This document shows, in pieces, positions 1-10,033 of a stretch of 64,000 bases of DNA. A model generated the notes under the pieces. The model saw nothing but the letters and a program-made list of their open reading frames with translations, searched no databases and was not told where the DNA came from. Made by a program: the position numbers and the translations under genes. The stretch comes from an uncultured Candidatus Saccharibacteria bacterium (GTDB lineage Bacteria > Patescibacteriota > CPR2 > UBA1875 > CAIMLA01): the NCBI GenBank assembly GCA_964641375.1, contig CAZXMN010000001.1:91464-155463 (forward strand), in the 5' to 3' direction. Positions within the stretch are counted from its first letter, which is position 1. Every line of letters begins with the position of its first letter.

Positions 1-273
1 AGCAATTGTCGTGTTCTTAAGCTCAACATCAATCATATTACGTTTAGCCCTGGCGACAGCTTTTTGTACTGCTGTCATAACTTCGTTACCTTTGTCGATG
101 CCAACGCCAACTCTACCGCTCTTGTTACCAACAACGACTGTCGCACGGAATCTCATACGACGTCCGCCCTTTACTACGCGGGTGACACGATCAATCTGGA
201 TTACTCTTTCCTCAAACTCTGGAGTCTCAGGAACTTCTACCATATTCTTTTCTTTGTTGAAATCATCTCTCAT
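1..273 (-). CDS. rpsE: 30S ribosomal protein S5, N-terminal part (gene runs off window start)
   Basis: Reverse-complement translation from the ATG at 273 gives [65 protein letters not shown]..., a typical S5 N-terminus. It sits immediately downstream of rplR in the canonical spc order. Confidence 0.85.
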   Translation of the reverse strand, partial: MRDDFNKEKNMVEVPETPEFEERVIQIDRVTRVVKGGRRMRFRATVVVGNKSGRVGVGIDKGNEVMTAVQKAVARAKRNMIDVELKNTTIA

Positions 274-281
274 ATTCACTC

Positions 282-626
282 CTAGAATTTAAGACCTTTT
301 GCTCTTGCTGCTTCGGCCAGAGCCTTTACTCGACCATGATATAATTTACCACCTCGGTCGAAAACGACCTCGGTTACTTTTGCCTTCAACGCTTTTTCTG
401 CGATAAGCTCACCGACTTTGGCAGCTCTCTCAGTCTTTGTACCTGTAGCTTTCGCTTCTATTTCAGTTGCGGCTGTCAATGTATGACCAGCAAGATCATC
501 AATAACTTGAGCAGAAATATGTTGATTACTCGTAAATACGGCAAGTCTTGGGCGAGTGGCGGTGCCACTGACCTTGGCTCTGATTCTATTTTGTCTACGC
601 TCTTTTTTCTCAAATCTCTCTAACAT
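282..626 (-). CDS. rplR: 50S ribosomal protein L18
   Basis: 114 aa ORF whose sequence matches the L18 family ([18 protein letters not shown]...[19 protein letters not shown]). Canonical position between rplF and rpsE. Confidence 0.93.
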   Translation of the reverse strand: MLERFEKKERRQNRIRAKVSGTATRPRLAVFTSNQHISAQVIDDLAGHTLTAATEIEAKATGTKTERAAKVGELIAEKALKAKVTEVVFDRGGKLYHGRVKALAEAARAKGLKF

Positions 627-637
627 ATCATGCTCCT

Positions 638-1174
638 TTACTTGCCACCCGTCTTACCAGCTTTGCGTCGAATGTGTTCTGTGACATATTTGACGCCCTT
701 GCCCTTGTAGGGTTCTGGTTTACGAAAGGCACGAATCTCGGCAGAAACTTGCCCGACTTGCTGTTTATCTATTCCTGCAACTGTAACTATATTCTTATCA
801 ACATTTACTGTGATCCCGGTTGGAATCGGATATTCAATAGGGTGTGAGTAGCCAAGCGAAAGGATAAGCTTACTGCCCGAAACACTAGCTCGGTAACCGA
901 TACCGTTGATCTCAAGCTCTTTCTTGAATCCTTCAGAAACACCCTTCACCATATTGGCTATCAGGGTGCGAGTCAAACCGTGAAACTCAGCGGCCTCGAC
1001 GTCTTGAACTGTTTGTTCAACTGTGATAACTCCTTCAGCAATAGCTACCTTCATCTTTGGATTAATTGCCTGAGTTAGTTCGCCTTTTGAGCTTGAAACG
1101 GTCAAAATTCCACTTTCAAGTGTAGCTGTAACGCCGGCTGGTAATGTAATTGGTAATTTTCCTATTCTAGACAT
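638..1174 (-). CDS. rplF: 50S ribosomal protein L6
   Basis: 178 aa [18 protein letters not shown]..., matching the L6 family. spc operon order. Confidence 0.93.
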   Translation of the reverse strand: MSRIGKLPITLPAGVTATLESGILTVSSSKGELTQAINPKMKVAIAEGVITVEQTVQDVEAAEFHGLTRTLIANMVKGVSEGFKKELEINGIGYRASVSGSKLILSLGYSHPIEYPIPTGITVNVDKNIVTVAGIDKQQVGQVSAEIRAFRKPEPYKGKGVKYVTEHIRRKAGKTGGK

Positions 1175-1182
1175 AATATCTC

Positions 1183-1560
1183 CTACCAGACCTTACAGAT
1201 TACTTCACCGCCAAGGCCGGCTTTTCGAGCATTTACGCCGCTCATGATACCTTTGGAAGTGGATAAAATAACTAAACCGTGTCCCTGAAGTACAGTTGGA
1301 ATCTCCTTGGCTCCGGCATAAACTCTGCGGCCAGGCTTGCTGACACGAATAATTTTCTTTATGTCTGTATTTGCAAGACTTACAAGGATAGTGGCACCAT
1401 TGTTTTCGAGTGTATATTCCCCAACATAACCTTCGGCTGCAAGTACCTTGAGTACCTCAACTTTCAGTTTGGAAGCAGGAATAACAACGCTAGTTCTCTT
1501 GGCGAGACGAGCATTTCTGATTCTTGTTAGCATATCTGCTATTGGATCTGTTATTGCCAT
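1183..1560 (-). CDS. rpsH: 30S ribosomal protein S8
   Basis: 125 aa [20 protein letters not shown]..., matching the S8 family. Confidence 0.93.
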   Translation of the reverse strand: MAITDPIADMLTRIRNARLAKRTSVVIPASKLKVEVLKVLAAEGYVGEYTLENNGATILVSLANTDIKKIIRVSKPGRRVYAGAKEIPTVLQGHGLVILSTSKGIMSGVNARKAGLGGEVICKVW

Positions 1561-1570
1561 ATGTTACTCC

Positions 1571-1756
1571 TTACCAACTTGACTTAGTTACGCCTGGAAT
1601 TTCACCCTTGTTTGCTAGTTCCCGAAAACAGATTCGGCACATATCAAACTTACGCAAATAACCGTGCTGTCGACCACAGACGTTACATCTAGTTACTGTG
1701 CGGGTGGAAAACTTTGGTTTTCTTTTTGCTTTTACGATTAATGATGTTTTTGCCAT
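1571..1756 (-). CDS. rpsZ: 30S ribosomal protein S14 type Z (zinc-binding short form)
   Basis: 61 aa ORF with a CxxC...CxxC motif ([20 protein letters not shown]). Sits between rplE and rpsH. Confidence 0.92.
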   Translation of the reverse strand: MAKTSLIVKAKRKPKFSTRTVTRCNVCGRQHGYLRKFDMCRICFRELANKGEIPGVTKSSW

Positions 1757-1764
1757 GTTATCCT

Positions 1765-2304
1765 CTAACCCTTAAAAGGGAAACCGAGATGTGTTAATAA
1801 TGCTTTTGCTTGTTCGTCATTTTTTGCTGTTGTACTTATATTGACCTGCAGTCCGAATGGTTCGCTCGCCTCTTCGAAAGAAATTTCCGGGAAAACACCG
1901 TGTTCACGGATACCGAGCGAATAATTGCCGTGCCCGTCGAAAGCGTCTTTCTTGATTCCACGGAAGTCACGGACTCGTGGTAGCGCGACATTGACTAAAC
2001 GATCAAGAAATTCGTACATCATGACCCCACGAAGTGTGACAGAAGCGCCGATAACCATGCCTTCTCTCAATTTGAATCCAGCAATAGATTTCTTAGCTTT
2101 ATTCACTACTGGTGCCTGCCCAGTGATTTTGGCAAGACCCGCAACAACTGCTTCTAGTTTCTTCGCATCTAGACTTGCCCGGCCGACACCTGCATTGACT
2201 ACTACTTTACTAATCTTTGGCACTTGATGGACGTTAGTGAAACCAAACTCCTTTGTGAGTTCAGTGGCCACTGTTTTCTGATAAAAATCTTTCATTCTTG
2301 CCAT
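1765..2304 (-). CDS. rplE: 50S ribosomal protein L5
   Basis: L5 family sequence. The likely true start is [10 protein letters not shown] at 2304; the track ORF extends to 2331. Confidence 0.9.
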   Translation of the reverse strand: MARMKDFYQKTVATELTKEFGFTNVHQVPKISKVVVNAGVGRASLDAKKLEAVVAGLAKITGQAPVVNKAKKSIAGFKLREGMVIGASVTLRGVMMYEFLDRLVNVALPRVRDFRGIKKDAFDGHGNYSLGIREHGVFPEISFEEASEPFGLQVNISTTAKNDEQAKALLTHLGFPFKG

Positions 2305-2306
2305 CT

Positions 2307-2621
2307 TTACTCCTTCACCGTAGCTGCGCATTTTTTGCAGACTCTGGCTTTTTTGCCATCCTTGGCAACACTATAACCGATTCGGGCCGGTTTACCACAT
2401 TTTGGACAGATAACAGCAACATTCGAAACATCTATCGGTTTTGTAATTTCCATGATGCCGCCCTGAGCATTTTTCTTGCTGGGTTTAACGGCCTTTTTCA
2501 CAATATTTATGCCAGCGACAACCACTTGAGAAGTATTCGTAAGCACACGAGTCACTTCGCCTGATTTGCCGCGATCCTTACCAGCAGTTATATATACTTT
2601 GTCGTTTTTCAAAATCTTCAT
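2307..2621 (-). CDS. rplX: 50S ribosomal protein L24 with C-terminal Cys4 zinc-ribbon variant
   Basis: KOW-type L24 (MKILKNDKVYITAGKDRGKSGEV...). The C-terminal region has CPKC...CKKC where canonical L24 has no cysteines. The likely start is MKIL at 2621. Confidence 0.88.
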   Translation of the reverse strand: MKILKNDKVYITAGKDRGKSGEVTRVLTNTSQVVVAGINIVKKAVKPSKKNAQGGIMEITKPIDVSNVAVICPKCGKPARIGYSVAKDGKKARVCKKCAATVKE

Positions 2622-2631
2622 AATATCCTCT

Positions 2632-3000
2632 CTACAAAACCTCTGGAGCAAGAGAAACGATCTTCATAAAGTTTTTCTCACGAAGCTCACGAGCCACTGG
2701 CCCGAAAATACGGGTTCCACGAGGCTGATTATTCTTGTCCACTAGCACTACTGCATTATCATCAAATTTGATGGTCGAACCGTCTTTGCGAAGGTAATCT
2801 TTCTTCACACGAACAATAACGGCGCGGATAACTTCTTTTTTCTTTGCATTACCGCCAGGAATAGCAGTCTTTACGGAACAAATGATAATGTCACCCAAGC
2901 TTGCATAACGGCGTTTGGAACCACCAAGAACCTTGATACACATTACTTCTTTGGCACCGGTATTGTCTGCTACTTTTAATCTTGTTTGCATCTGGATCAT
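2632..3000 (-). CDS. rplN: 50S ribosomal protein L14
   Basis: 122 aa [20 protein letters not shown]..., the L14 signature. Confidence 0.94.
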   Translation of the reverse strand: MIQMQTRLKVADNTGAKEVMCIKVLGGSKRRYASLGDIIICSVKTAIPGGNAKKKEVIRAVIVRVKKDYLRKDGSTIKFDDNAVVLVDKNNQPRGTRIFGPVARELREKNFMKIVSLAPEVL

Positions 3001-3001
3001 C

Positions 3002-3253
3002 TTATTTCTCCAAATCCTTTGCGGTTAATACTTTCGAGAGATTCCAGCGCTTTGTAGCTGAAAGTGGTCTCGACTCTTCTATCTCTACTATATCTCCAAG
3101 TTTCGCAGTACCCTTCTCGTCATGGGCCTTAAATTTGCTTTCTACCTTGTATTTCTTCTTGTAAATTGGATGTTCTTTCGTTCGCTCTACGAGCACAACT
3201 ATAGTTTTTTCCATTTTGTCAGAAACAACCTTACCTATAAGTGTTCTTTTCAT
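3002..3253 (-). CDS. rpsQ: 30S ribosomal protein S17
   Basis: 83 aa ORF matching the S17 family, at the operon position after rpmC. Confidence 0.92.
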   Translation of the reverse strand: MKRTLIGKVVSDKMEKTIVVLVERTKEHPIYKKKYKVESKFKAHDEKGTAKLGDIVEIEESRPLSATKRWNLSKVLTAKDLEK

Positions 3254-3487
3254 CTATTTGTCTCCCTTTTGGGCTGCTTTTTCGGCCTCAAATATCTCAC
3301 GTTCTCTCAGGATTGTTTTGATACGAGCTGAAAGCTTGCGACTAGCGTTTACTTCACTCACTTTAGTAAGTTCACGGCTAGCGATAGCGAAGCGATCTTT
3401 GATGATTTTGGCTTCTGTCTCGCCGAGCAACTTCGAAAGCGCTTTTGTATCTTTTTCAATCAGTTCTTTAGCTTTCATCTGTCTCAC
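3254..3487 (-). CDS. rpmC: 50S ribosomal protein L29
   Basis: 77 aa helical ORF between rplP and rpsQ. Confidence 0.88.
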   Translation of the reverse strand: MRQMKAKELIEKDTKALSKLLGETEAKIIKDRFAIASRELTKVSEVNASRKLSARIKTILREREIFEAEKAAQKGDK

Positions 3488-3899
3488 CTCCGTGATCCTT
3501 AACTATAAATTTGGTCTTTATCGGTAATTTGTGATGAGCGAGACGAAGTGCTTCTTTAGCTACATCTAGTGGCACGCCATCCATTTCAAAGAGGATTCGA
3601 CCCGGCTTCACAACTGCTACAAAATGATCTAGATTACCCTTACCACTACCCATACGAACTTCATTCGGTTTCTTTGTGACAGGTTTGTCAGGAAAAATTC
3701 GGATCCAGATCTTACCGCCACGTTTGACATATCGGGTCATGGCACGGCGAGCAGCTTCAATTTGACGCGCGGTAATCCAAGCAGGTTCCATCGCCTTCAA
3801 GGCATACTTACCAAAATCGACATTAGATCCTCTTGTGGCATTGCCAGTCTGAGGATTTTTCATTGATTTTCTGAATTTTGTTTTCTTAGGCTGTAACAT
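3468..3899 (-). CDS. rplP: 50S ribosomal protein L16
   Basis: 143 aa [17 protein letters not shown]...[23 protein letters not shown], the L16 signature. Confidence 0.94.
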   Translation of the reverse strand: MLQPKKTKFRKSMKNPQTGNATRGSNVDFGKYALKAMEPAWITARQIEAARRAMTRYVKRGGKIWIRIFPDKPVTKKPNEVRMGSGKGNLDHFVAVVKPGRILFEMDGVPLDVAKEALRLAHHKLPIKTKFIVKDHGGETDES

Positions 3900-4548
3900 C
3901 TGCTACCTCTTTTTTCTTGTTCTCTGCCATACCGTTATATACCCAGACTTTGACACCAAGAATTCCATAAGTTGTCTTCGCTCTACTAGTGGCATAATCG
4001 ATCTGAGCGTTAATTGTAGCTAGAGGAATCTTACCCTTGATTACGAATTCTGAACGAGCGATTTCGGCACCGTTGAGACGTCCGCCAACCATGATTTTAA
4101 TACCTTTTACTCCAGCTTTTTGAGCCTTTTCAACAGCTTGACGAGTGGCACGCTTGAAAGCGATACGACGTTCGAGTTGCTGAGCGACATTGTCTGCAAT
4201 AATCTGGGCGTTCCCATCAGGGTTTTTTACTTCAAAAACGTTGATATCTTTTATCTTACCAGTCGTAAGCTTTGCAAGCTTAGCTTTTAGTTCAGTTGCT
4301 CCTGCACCACCACGACCAATAACAACACCCGGCTTTGCAGTATTGATAGTTACACTAACTTGGTTAGCATTACGCTCAATTTCTACATTAGCGATACCGG
4401 CACGCATACCAAGATCGTTTAGAATGAACTTACGGATTTTGAGATCCTCATGTAATTGCTTAGCATAATCCTTACCGGCAAACCAACGAGAGGACCAGTT
4501 TTTGTTTACTTGAAGACGGAAACTGATTGGACTAACTTTATGACCCAT
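3886..4548 (-). CDS. rpsC: 30S ribosomal protein S3
   Basis: 220 aa [27 protein letters not shown]..., S3 KH and C-terminal domains. Confidence 0.94.
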   Translation of the reverse strand: MGHKVSPISFRLQVNKNWSSRWFAGKDYAKQLHEDLKIRKFILNDLGMRAGIANVEIERNANQVSVTINTAKPGVVIGRGGAGATELKAKLAKLTTGKIKDINVFEVKNPDGNAQIIADNVAQQLERRIAFKRATRQAVEKAQKAGVKGIKIMVGGRLNGAEIARSEFVIKGKIPLATINAQIDYATSRAKTTYGILGVKVWVYNGMAENKKKEVADVTA

Positions 4549-4928
4549 TATTTGGCCTCCTCTTTCTTCTCTTCTACTTTTGCCTTTTTCTTCGGCTCAG
4601 CAGCAGAAACAACGACCGTAATGTGACTTGTTCTCTTGAGTAGAGCAGAAGCCATACCGCGGGAGCGTGGTCTAAAGCGCTTTAGGCTTGGACCTTTGTC
4701 AACGGTGATTGAACTAATAACTAAATCTTCTTTTGCAAGACCGGCATTGTTAACGGCATTTGATACAGCAGAGTTAAGGGCTTTATAAATAATCCCAGCG
4801 GCTTTTTTGGGCATAAATCTGAGGGTAGCAAGTGCATTCACTGCCTTTTCACCACGAACTACATCAGCGACTAGTCTTGCCTTCTTGGGTGAAATCCTAA
4901 TATATTTTTCTACTGCCTTAACTTCCAT
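4548..4928 (-). CDS. rplV: 50S ribosomal protein L22
   Basis: 126 aa ORF, MEVKAVEKYIRISPKKARLVADVVRG..., the L22 family. Confidence 0.92.
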   Translation of the reverse strand: MEVKAVEKYIRISPKKARLVADVVRGEKAVNALATLRFMPKKAAGIIYKALNSAVSNAVNNAGLAKEDLVISSITVDKGPSLKRFRPRSRGMASALLKRTSHITVVVSAAEPKKKAKVEEKKEEAK

Positions 4929-4929
4929 G

Positions 4930-5202
4930 CTACTTGCCTGCCTTTGCTAATTTACCACCATGACTTCTGAATTTTCTGGTTGCCGAAAATTCACCGAGTT
5001 TGTGACCTACCATGTTTTCGGTAACGAAGACTGGAATGTGATCTTTGCCATTATGAACAGCAAAAGTGTGACTAACCATTTCTGGTGTAATTGTGGCTTC
5101 ACGAGCCCAGGTTTTGATAACCTTTTTCTCTGCCCCAAGTTTTGCAACTTTATTCAGCAAACGCTCGTCAATATATGGACCTTTTTTAAGTGATCTTGAC
5201 AT
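4930..5202 (-). CDS. rpsS: 30S ribosomal protein S19
   Basis: 90 aa [22 protein letters not shown]..., the S19 family. Confidence 0.94.
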   Translation of the reverse strand: MSRSLKKGPYIDERLLNKVAKLGAEKKVIKTWAREATITPEMVSHTFAVHNGKDHIPVFVTENMVGHKLGEFSATRKFRSHGGKLAKAGK

Positions 5203-5211
5203 ACCTGTCTC

Positions 5212-6051
5212 CTACCTTCGACCCTTCTTACGGGCTTTAACAATATATTTGCCGGATAATTTCTTCTTGTCTCTAGTTTTTTTACCGAGAGCTGGCTTAC
5301 CCCAAGGAGTTTTTGGTCCTGAAGCAAGAGCAATCGATGTACCGCCTTCACCACCACCGTGAGGATGGTCGACTGGGTTCATAGCCTTACCGCGAACGGT
5401 AGGTCGAATGCCCATATGACGTTTACGTCCAGCGCTACCAACCTTGATATTACTGTGTTCAGGGTTTGAAACAACACCGATTGATGCTAGGCAATTTTCA
5501 CTGACCAAACGAATTTCACCAGACGGTAATTTGACTTGAATCATACCGCCTTCTTTAGCTACCAGTTGCGCCTTAGTACCAGCCGAACGAGCGAGTTGAG
5601 CACCTTTACCAGGTTCGAGCTCGATAGCATAGATAATTGTACCAACTGGGATGTCAGCTAGACGTTTTCTGTTACCATTACGGATTTCCGCTTCTTCACC
5701 ATATGCAATTTTATCATCAACTTTGGCTCCTGTTGGAGCTAAAATGTAAGATTGTGTGCCGTCGGCCGTTGCAACGAGAGCAATACGAGCAGAACGATTT
5801 GGATCATATTCAATAGAAGCAACTGTGACTGTCTGATTGCCAAGCATTTTGAAGTCAACAAGACGATATTGGCGTTTCGCGCCTCCACCACGATGTCGGA
5901 TAGTAATCTTACCCTGAGCATTACGTCCAGCTTTTCGTTTAATGAAAGTCGTGAGCGATTTGACTGGTTTTTTGCTAGTTATGTCAGCAAAATCATCTAC
6001 AGACATCCCACGTCTAGCGTTGCTAATTGGTTTAAGTAGTTTTATCGCCAT
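5212..6051 (-). CDS. rplB: 50S ribosomal protein L2
   Basis: 279 aa ORF matching the L2 family (GRNAQGKITIRHRGGG...HPHGGGEG). Confidence 0.95.
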   Translation of the reverse strand: MAIKLLKPISNARRGMSVDDFADITSKKPVKSLTTFIKRKAGRNAQGKITIRHRGGGAKRQYRLVDFKMLGNQTVTVASIEYDPNRSARIALVATADGTQSYILAPTGAKVDDKIAYGEEAEIRNGNRKRLADIPVGTIIYAIELEPGKGAQLARSAGTKAQLVAKEGGMIQVKLPSGEIRLVSENCLASIGVVSNPEHSNIKVGSAGRKRHMGIRPTVRGKAMNPVDHPHGGGEGGTSIALASGPKTPWGKPALGKKTRDKKKLSGKYIVKARKKGRR

Positions 6052-6053
6052 CT

Positions 6054-6353
6054 CTAAATTCCCTTAAAATCTTCAATCGTTTCACCGGTTTTCACTGTAA
6101 CGACTGCTTTTTTGTAATCTTTGCGTTTGCCGAAAATCTTACCGAAACGTTTTACCTTACCTTTTACGATAAGCGTATGGACACTGATAACGTGAACTTT
6201 GAAGGCCATTTCGACGGCTTTTTTAATCTCAGTTTTGGTAGCCTTTGGATTCACTTGGAAAACATACTTACCGTTATCGGCGCTAGCAAAACTCTTCTCG
6301 GAAATAACTGGTTGTTTAAGTACTCTCAAAAGTTCCATTACTTTGTCTCCCAA
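6054..6353 (-). CDS. rplW: 50S ribosomal protein L23
   Basis: 99 aa ORF at the S10 operon position between rplD and rplB. Confidence 0.9.
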   Translation of the reverse strand: MGDKVMELLRVLKQPVISEKSFASADNGKYVFQVNPKATKTEIKKAVEMAFKVHVISVHTLIVKGKVKRFGKIFGKRKDYKKAVVTVKTGETIEDFKGI

Positions 6354-6952
6354 TATTTGTTAGCGAGTTCCAAAGCATTTCCGACGAATACCAGCTTTTC
6401 TGCTTCAAGAACATCATATACATTCAAATTACGATAGTCACAAACCTTGATTCCAGGAACGTTACGAGTAACTAGAATGTGGTTCTCTGTCAGAGCCGGG
6501 AAGATAAAAAGTGATTTTCGACTCTCAAGCTTGGCGTACATCTTGGCAAAATCCTTTGTTTTGGTCGTGACTAAATCTTCCAAAATAATAAAACTATCTT
6601 TCTTGGTTGCTAGAGCCGACAGAATGGCGCCACGATTTTTCTTCTTGATAATAGTGCGAGCGAAATTTTGAATACCTGTTGGACCAAAAATGGCACCGCC
6701 GCCACGCCACAGTGGATTACGGATAGAACCAGAACGCGCACGTCCTGTACCCTTCTGTTTATAAGGTTTTTTGCCACCACCAGAAACTTCAGCACGTGTC
6801 TTGGCCTTAGCAGCTGCTTCCCTGCGATTAGCAAGCTGAGCGACCACAACTTCATGAATGAGTGCTGGATTTACTACTTGATCAAAAAGCGTGACCTTCT
6901 GATCGATGGCTTCTTTTTTCTCTCCAGTTTTCGAATATACTGCTATTTTCAT
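6338..6952 (-). CDS. rplD: 50S ribosomal protein L4
   Basis: 204 aa ORF matching the L4 family at its operon position. Confidence 0.92.
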   Translation of the reverse strand: MKIAVYSKTGEKKEAIDQKVTLFDQVVNPALIHEVVVAQLANRREAAAKAKTRAEVSGGGKKPYKQKGTGRARSGSIRNPLWRGGGAIFGPTGIQNFARTIIKKKNRGAILSALATKKDSFIILEDLVTTKTKDFAKMYAKLESRKSLFIFPALTENHILVTRNVPGIKVCDYRNLNVYDVLEAEKLVFVGNALELANKYWETK

Positions 6953-6953
6953 A

Positions 6954-7580
6954 CTAACCTCTCACCACAACTACTGATTTACGTGGACCAGGAACGGCAC
7001 CACGGATTGCGATAGTTCCATTTGTTGTATCAACTTTGACAACTTTTAGATTTTTCACAGTCACTTGCTCAGCACCCATATGGCCAGCCATATGCATACC
7101 CTTCATGACATGTTCCGGATAACCAGCGCCGATAGAACCAGGTGCACGATAATTATGTGAACCATGAGTCTTTGGACCAGTTGTGAAGTTGTGACGTTTG
7201 ATTGTTCCGGCGAAACCCTTACCTTTTGAAGTACCAGTTACCTGGACTAAATCACCTTCAGTAAAGATATCAACTGTCAATTTGTCACCGACTTTGTAAC
7301 TTTTTGCCTCTTCGCCTTCGACTTCGACTTCTTCGTTGAGGTTAAATTCACGAAAAACCTTGGCAGCTACTCCAGCTGCTTTGGTGTGACCGGCCATTGG
7401 CTTGTTAATATTCTTGTCCAAGCCGAAGCCGAGCTGCACGGCACTATAACCGTCTTTCCCTACCGTCTTAACTTGAACAACAGTACACGGACCAATCTCG
7501 AGGACGGTCACCGGTACCACATTCCCCTTCTCATCGAAGAGGTGGGTCATTCCGATTTTCTTACCTAGAAGTGCCTTCAT
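6954..7580 (-). CDS. rplC: 50S ribosomal protein L3
   Basis: 208 aa ORF, MKALLGKKIGMTHLFDEKGNVVPVTVLE..., the L3 family. Confidence 0.94.
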   Translation of the reverse strand: MKALLGKKIGMTHLFDEKGNVVPVTVLEIGPCTVVQVKTVGKDGYSAVQLGFGLDKNINKPMAGHTKAAGVAAKVFREFNLNEEVEVEGEEAKSYKVGDKLTVDIFTEGDLVQVTGTSKGKGFAGTIKRHNFTTGPKTHGSHNYRAPGSIGAGYPEHVMKGMHMAGHMGAEQVTVKNLKVVKVDTTNGTIAIRGAVPGPRKSVVVVRG

Positions 7581-7743
7581 TGTTCACCTTTTTTAACACA
7601 ATAAAATATATTTCGACAGATAGACAGTTTCCATTTCTAGACTATTCTATCCCCCGACGCGTGCTTGTTTATACTTAATTAACGCATGAAATATTATATA
7701 GAAATTCAGAGAGAATGTCAACGATTTTGTGTGTAAAACGTAA

Positions 7744-7775
7744 GAGGACCGACTACCCGTAGGTAATTGGTCCTC
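7744..7775 (-). terminator. GC-rich stem-loop immediately 3-prime of the island A ORF; candidate intrinsic terminator
   Basis: GAGGACC...GGTCCTC 7-bp outer stem with an inner CTAC/GTAG stem. On the minus strand it is followed by TTACGTTTT. Confidence 0.45.
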
Positions 7776-7803
7776 AGAACGTCGAAAGTGGTACTTACAG
7801 AAG

Positions 7804-8169
7804 TTACTTGATCTCTTCGTCCGGAACGAACATCGTGATCGCGACGTTGGCCAGCCGCTTGTGCTGGCAGTCGTATTCGTTCGCGACGAAGTCGTAGATC
7901 GGTCCGATCCCCTTCTTGAGAGGCTGGATCGATACGCCGTAACCGCCCTTCATGCCCACCACGCGAGCTTGACCAGGTTCCTCCATGAAACCATGGTCCA
8001 GAAGCCATGCTGTGCCATGCTCGGTGAGCTCCTGACGGAACTTCTCACCGTTCTTGTCGTCGCGCACCGCATCGGTCTCGATGCAAGTGTCGCCGATCTT
8101 GCTCTCGACGCCTGAGCTTTCGAGCTCGGCCCCAAGCGCACGGATGGTTCTCTCATTGAGATCAGGCAT
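7804..8169 (-). CDS. Hypothetical 121-aa protein in a GC-rich cassette inserted between rplC and rpsJ (island A)
   Basis: ATG start at 8169 with GGGGG about 12 nt upstream; stop at 7804 followed by a hairpin. The amino-acid composition looks protein-like, and no family is recognised. Local GC is about 55-59% against low-40s % flanks. The antisense frames look like junk. Confidence 0.5.
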   Translation of the reverse strand: MPDLNERTIRALGAELESSGVESKIGDTCIETDAVRDDKNGEKFRQELTEHGTAWLLDHGFMEEPGQARVVGMKGGYGVSIQPLKKGIGPIYDFVANEYDCQHKRLANVAITMFVPDEEIK

Positions 8170-8275
8170 TACCTGTTGTGCCCCCTTTTCGATTGTCGAC
8201 GTTCATGTCTACTCTTGTAGACACTAAAATATAACATTTTTATGTCTATTTGTCAATATAAAGTAAGTAGATACC

Positions 8276-8302
8276 AAAAGAGCCCCTTTCGGGGCTCTTT
8301 TA
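8276..8302 (-). terminator. Intrinsic terminator downstream of rpsJ (bidirectional hairpin)
   Basis: AGAGCCCC-tttc-GGGGCTCT stem-loop flanked by A-run and T-run. On the minus strand it follows the rpsJ stop and is followed by TTTTGG. Confidence 0.6.
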
Positions 8303-8318
8303 TCTAGCCTTACGGCTA

Positions 8319-8639
8319 TTACATCTTGATTTCGATATCTACACCGGCTGGTAGTGAAAGACTCATGAGTGAATCCACAGTCTTGGCAGAGAAATCTGTG
8401 ATGTCGATTAGTCTCTTGTGCACTCTCATTTCGAATTGCTCACGTGAGTTCTTGTCAATGAAGCTTGCGCGCTGTACAGTAATCGGCGTGCGATCAGTAG
8501 GAAGTGGGATTGGACCCGCTACCTTGGCACCGCTGCGGACTGCTGTTTCGATAATCTGAGCCGTGGACTGATCGATAATCTTGTTATCGTAAGCCTTGAG
8601 CTTAATGCGGATTCTTTGTTTGTCTTTAGTTTCAGCCAT
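8319..8639 (-). CDS. rpsJ: 30S ribosomal protein S10
   Basis: 106 aa [21 protein letters not shown]...[10 protein letters not shown], the S10 family. Confidence 0.94.
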   Translation of the reverse strand: MAETKDKQRIRIKLKAYDNKIIDQSTAQIIETAVRSGAKVAGPIPLPTDRTPITVQRASFIDKNSREQFEMRVHKRLIDITDFSAKTVDSLMSLSLPAGVDIEIKM

Positions 8640-8658
8640 AGTTTCTTTCTAAATCCGA

Positions 8659-9834
8659 TTATTTATTGATTTTGGTTACTGCACCAGCACCAACTGTACG
8701 GCCACCTTCACGAATAGCGAAGCGAAGACCTTCTTCGATAGCGATTGGCTGAATAAGTTTAACCTTCATTTTGACGTCATCACCAGGCATAACCATTTCG
8801 CCGTCAAATTCGATTTCGCCAGTTACGTCAGTCGTACGGATGTAGAACTGAGGCTTATAGCCCTTGAAGAAAGGCGTATGACGACCACCCTCGTCCTTGG
8901 TCAAGACATAGACTTGAGCGTCGAACTCGGTGTGAGGTGTGATAGAGCCTGGCTTAGCCAGAACCATACCACGTTCAATGTCGGCTTTTTCAATACCGCG
9001 GAGTAACAGACCAGCATTGTCGCCAGCTTGACCTTGCTCAAGTTGTTTCTTGAACATTTCAATACCGGTAACGACCGTCTTGCGAGTAGGTTTAATACCA
9101 ACAATTTCAACTTCATCGTTAAGTTTCACAGTACCACGAGCGATAGCGCCGGTAGCAACCGTTCCACGTCCCTTGATGCTGAAAACGTCTTCAACAGGCA
9201 TAAGGAATGGCTTGTCGATGTCGCGAACTGGATCTGGAATATAGTTATCAAGTGCGTCCATAAGTTCTGTGATGGCACCAACATACTTCTCGTCACCTTC
9301 AAGAGCCTTGAGAGCTGAACCACGAATAATAGGAGTGTTATCTCCGTCAAATTCGTATTTAGTCAAAAGCTCACGAATTTCCATCTCAACGAGATCAAGC
9401 ATTTCAGCATCATCAACCATATCAACTTTGTTCATGAAAACAACGATTTTTGGTACACCAACTTGCTTAGCGAGTAGGATGTGCTCACGAGTCTGAGGCA
9501 TAGGACCGTCAGTGGCAGCAACTACAAGAATAGCGCCGTCCATCTGAGCAGCACCGGTAATCATGTTTTTGACGTAGTCAGCATGTCCTGGGCAGTCGAC
9601 ATGGGCGTAGTGACGCTTCTCTGTCTCATACTCAGAGTGGTGAGTAGCGATGGTAATACCGCGCTCTCTCTCTTCTGGAGCGTTGTCAATTTCGTCAAAC
9701 TTCTCAACCTTAGCCATACCTTTCTTGCCCTGAACAGCAAGAATAGCAGCGGTTAGAGTCGTTTTACCATGGTCAACGTGTCCAATTGTACCGACGTTTA
9801 CATGGGGTTTTGTTCTCTGATAAACTTCAGCCAT
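8659..9834 (-). CDS. tuf: Elongation factor Tu
   Basis: [31 protein letters not shown]...; G-domain motifs [14 protein letters not shown] and NKVD. The likely ATG is at 9834; the track ORF is extended upstream. Confidence 0.95.
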   Translation of the reverse strand: MAEVYQRTKPHVNVGTIGHVDHGKTTLTAAILAVQGKKGMAKVEKFDEIDNAPEERERGITIATHHSEYETEKRHYAHVDCPGHADYVKNMITGAAQMDGAILVVAATDGPMPQTREHILLAKQVGVPKIVVFMNKVDMVDDAEMLDLVEMEIRELLTKYEFDGDNTPIIRGSALKALEGDEKYVGAITELMDALDNYIPDPVRDIDKPFLMPVEDVFSIKGRGTVATGAIARGTVKLNDEVEIVGIKPTRKTVVTGIEMFKKQLEQGQAGDNAGLLLRGIEKADIERGMVLAKPGSITPHTEFDAQVYVLTKDEGGRHTPFFKGYKPQFYIRTTDVTGEIEFDGEMVMPGDDVKMKVKLIQPIAIEEGLRFAIREGGRTVGAGAVTKINK

Positions 9835-9927
9835 TTTGTTCCCTTCTTTTATCTTTTTAACTTTTCTTTGACAATCCAAACCCTCCACACGCTTGGCGCG
9901 GAGAAAATGTATTTAGTTTGCCTACGA

Positions 9928-9956
9928 ATTCTACTATAAATTACTACTTTGTGCAA
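9928..9956 (-). promoter_or_regulatory. Candidate sigma70-type promoter for tuf (TTGCAC-N17-TAGAAT on the minus strand)
   Basis: -35 at 9951-9956 and -10 at 9928-9933 with a 17-bp spacer, about 90 nt upstream of the tuf ATG. Confidence 0.4.
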
Positions 9957-10012
9957 TAGTTTTGATAAACGAAAAGGCCACGTACCCGCCTAGTCGTCTG
10001 CTTTCACAGAAC

Positions 10013-10033
10013 TTGCGTGTTCGTGACCCTACT
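10013..10033. repeat. 21-bp direct repeat copy 1 (ttgcgtgttcgtgaccctact)
   Basis: Matches 10241-10261 at 20 of 21 positions. Lies just 3-prime of small ORF1 and overlaps its stop. Confidence 0.8.

Noticed and set aside
11-292. Plus-strand ORFs (11..292 and 64..285) overlapping rpsE
   Set aside because: Antisense to a clearly conserved S5 coding sequence. The composition is low-complexity (S/T/L-rich), typical of shadow ORFs.
2298-2564. 88-aa plus-strand ORF across the rplE/rplX junction
   Set aside because: Antisense to two conserved r-protein genes.
7718-8156. Alternative-frame ORFs in island A (7718..8008, 7950..8156, 7861..8115)
   Set aside because: They overlap the better-supported 121-aa ORF. 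Their composition is Arg/Ala/Ser-rich low-complexity, expected by chance in GC-rich DNA.
7735-8175. Possibility that the GC-rich islands are structured RNAs (RNase P, tmRNA, SRP) rather than protein genes
   Set aside because: No RNase P CR-I/CR-V motifs, no tmRNA tRNA-like ends and no SRP domain IV motif were found by eye on either strand. Each island has an ORF with an SD and start codon. A covariance-model search would be needed to fully exclude this.
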